Sequence record: MK907227.1
Direction: 5' to 3' (one strand)
Source of the DNA: Escherichia phage vB_EcoS-12210III
DNA length: 44,219 nt
Each line of letters begins with the position of its first letter. The stretch's first letter is position 1. A program made the translations under genes and the position numbers. Below the pieces are notes generated by a model. The model saw only the letters and a list, made by a program, of their open reading frames with translations. It was not told the DNA's origin and made no database searches. Of the stretch, positions 43,696-44,219 are shown in pieces.

Positions 43696-43952
43696 GTAAG
43701 TACAATCGTGAAATTATTGGCATTGATGGCACGGTAACAACAGTGGATGTTTATCGCGTTCTTGATGCGTTTGGTGTATCTGACCCAGCAACGCAGCATG
43801 CAATAAAGAAGATGCTTTGCACTGGTCTGCGTGGTCACAAAGATTACCTTACTGATCTTAATGACTCGATTGATTCATTGCGGAGGGCTAAAGAGCTTTA
43901 CGGGCAGAAGATGATTCATGAATCGTCTAAATCAATTCAGGTTGGTAAATAG
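43692..43952 (+). CDS. Hypothetical protein (86 aa)
   Basis: ORF from the track. Confidence 0.45.
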   Translation: MSKYNREIIGIDGTVTTVDVYRVLDAFGVSDPATQHAIKKMLCTGLRGHKDYLTDLNDSIDSLRRAKELYGQKMIHESSKSIQVGK

Positions 43953-43992
43953 CACTTTTTGCCTAACCAGCTACGGCGGGTTTTGTTATAGT
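43949..43992 (+). promoter_or_regulatory. Conserved phage promoter unit: palindrome ATAGCACTTTTTGCCTA (43949-43965), 22-nt spacer, TATAGT (43987-43992)
   Basis: Family member upstream of the gene that wraps across the window ends. Confidence 0.5.
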
Positions 43993-44020
43993 TGGTTCAC
44001 ACAAAGCGAGAGGATAGAAA

Positions 44021-44219
44021 ATGATTACTATTAACCTGTCAGACAAGCAAGCAGCAGAACTGAAGTCGATGATTAATTCATTCATGCCAACACGAAGTGA
44101 TAGCCAGCGCAAAGCGGTAGATGAGATTCGCGCACAGATTAATAATCAGCAATTCGACGTCAGTGACTTCGAATCATCACGCCAGTACGAGGCGCTTATC
44201 GTTAATGCCGCATACCTCA
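44021..44219 (+). CDS. 5' portion of the hypothetical early protein that continues at 1..156 across the wrap point
   Basis: ATG 44021 with RBS GAGAGGA; reading frame continuous through the 127-bp overlap. Confidence 0.5.
   Translation, partial: MITINLSDKQAAELKSMINSFMPTRSDSQRKAVDEIRAQINNQQFDVSDFESSRQYEALIVNAAYL

Overview
The window is a complete, densely coded genome of a tailed dsDNA bacteriophage (siphovirus-type), with no host flanks: the first 127 bp (1-127) are identical to the last 127 bp (44093-44219), so the unit genome is about 44,092 bp and was opened arbitrarily inside a gene. Organisation: (i) a plus-strand early block of small genes (44021 wrapping to about 2200) with a tRNA-Arg(UCU); (ii) a plus-strand morphogenesis block (2310-21739): small and large terminase, portal, MuF-like protein, scaffold, major capsid, connector proteins, major tail protein, G/GT chaperones with a -1 frameshift site, tape measure, lambda M/L/K/I/J-like tip proteins; (iii) a minus-strand accessory block (21768-23987): tail-associated protein, small lipoprotein, Rha-like and winged-helix regulators; (iv) a recombination block (PD-(D/E)XK exonuclease, ERF-like annealing protein, SSB); (v) a minus-strand tailspike, primase and HTH regulator; (vi) a plus-strand helicase, VRR-NUC-like nuclease, HTH-metallophosphoesterase and a lysis cassette (holin, SAR endolysin, unimolecular spanin); (vii) a minus-strand block of a DUF3987-like NTPase and micro-genes. 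No integrase, excisionase, CRISPR array, rRNA or transposase was seen. The lysis cassette and replication/recombination set are reminiscent of T1-like (Drexlerviridae-type) phages, but that placement is tentative. The most striking non-coding signal is a family of about 18 copies of a 17-bp palindrome (ATAGCAC-N3-TTGCTAA) at a fixed 22-nt distance from a -10-like hexamer, often followed by a conserved leader CATCGAAACGA. Other notable signals are an array of five alternating 8-bp half-sites upstream of a regulator gene, two copies of a ~70-bp AT-rich repeat 17 kb apart, and a small protein that is paralogous to the fused N- and C-termini of the DUF3987-like NTPase. All functional calls rest on motifs I recognise in the translations and on gene order; no database search was run.
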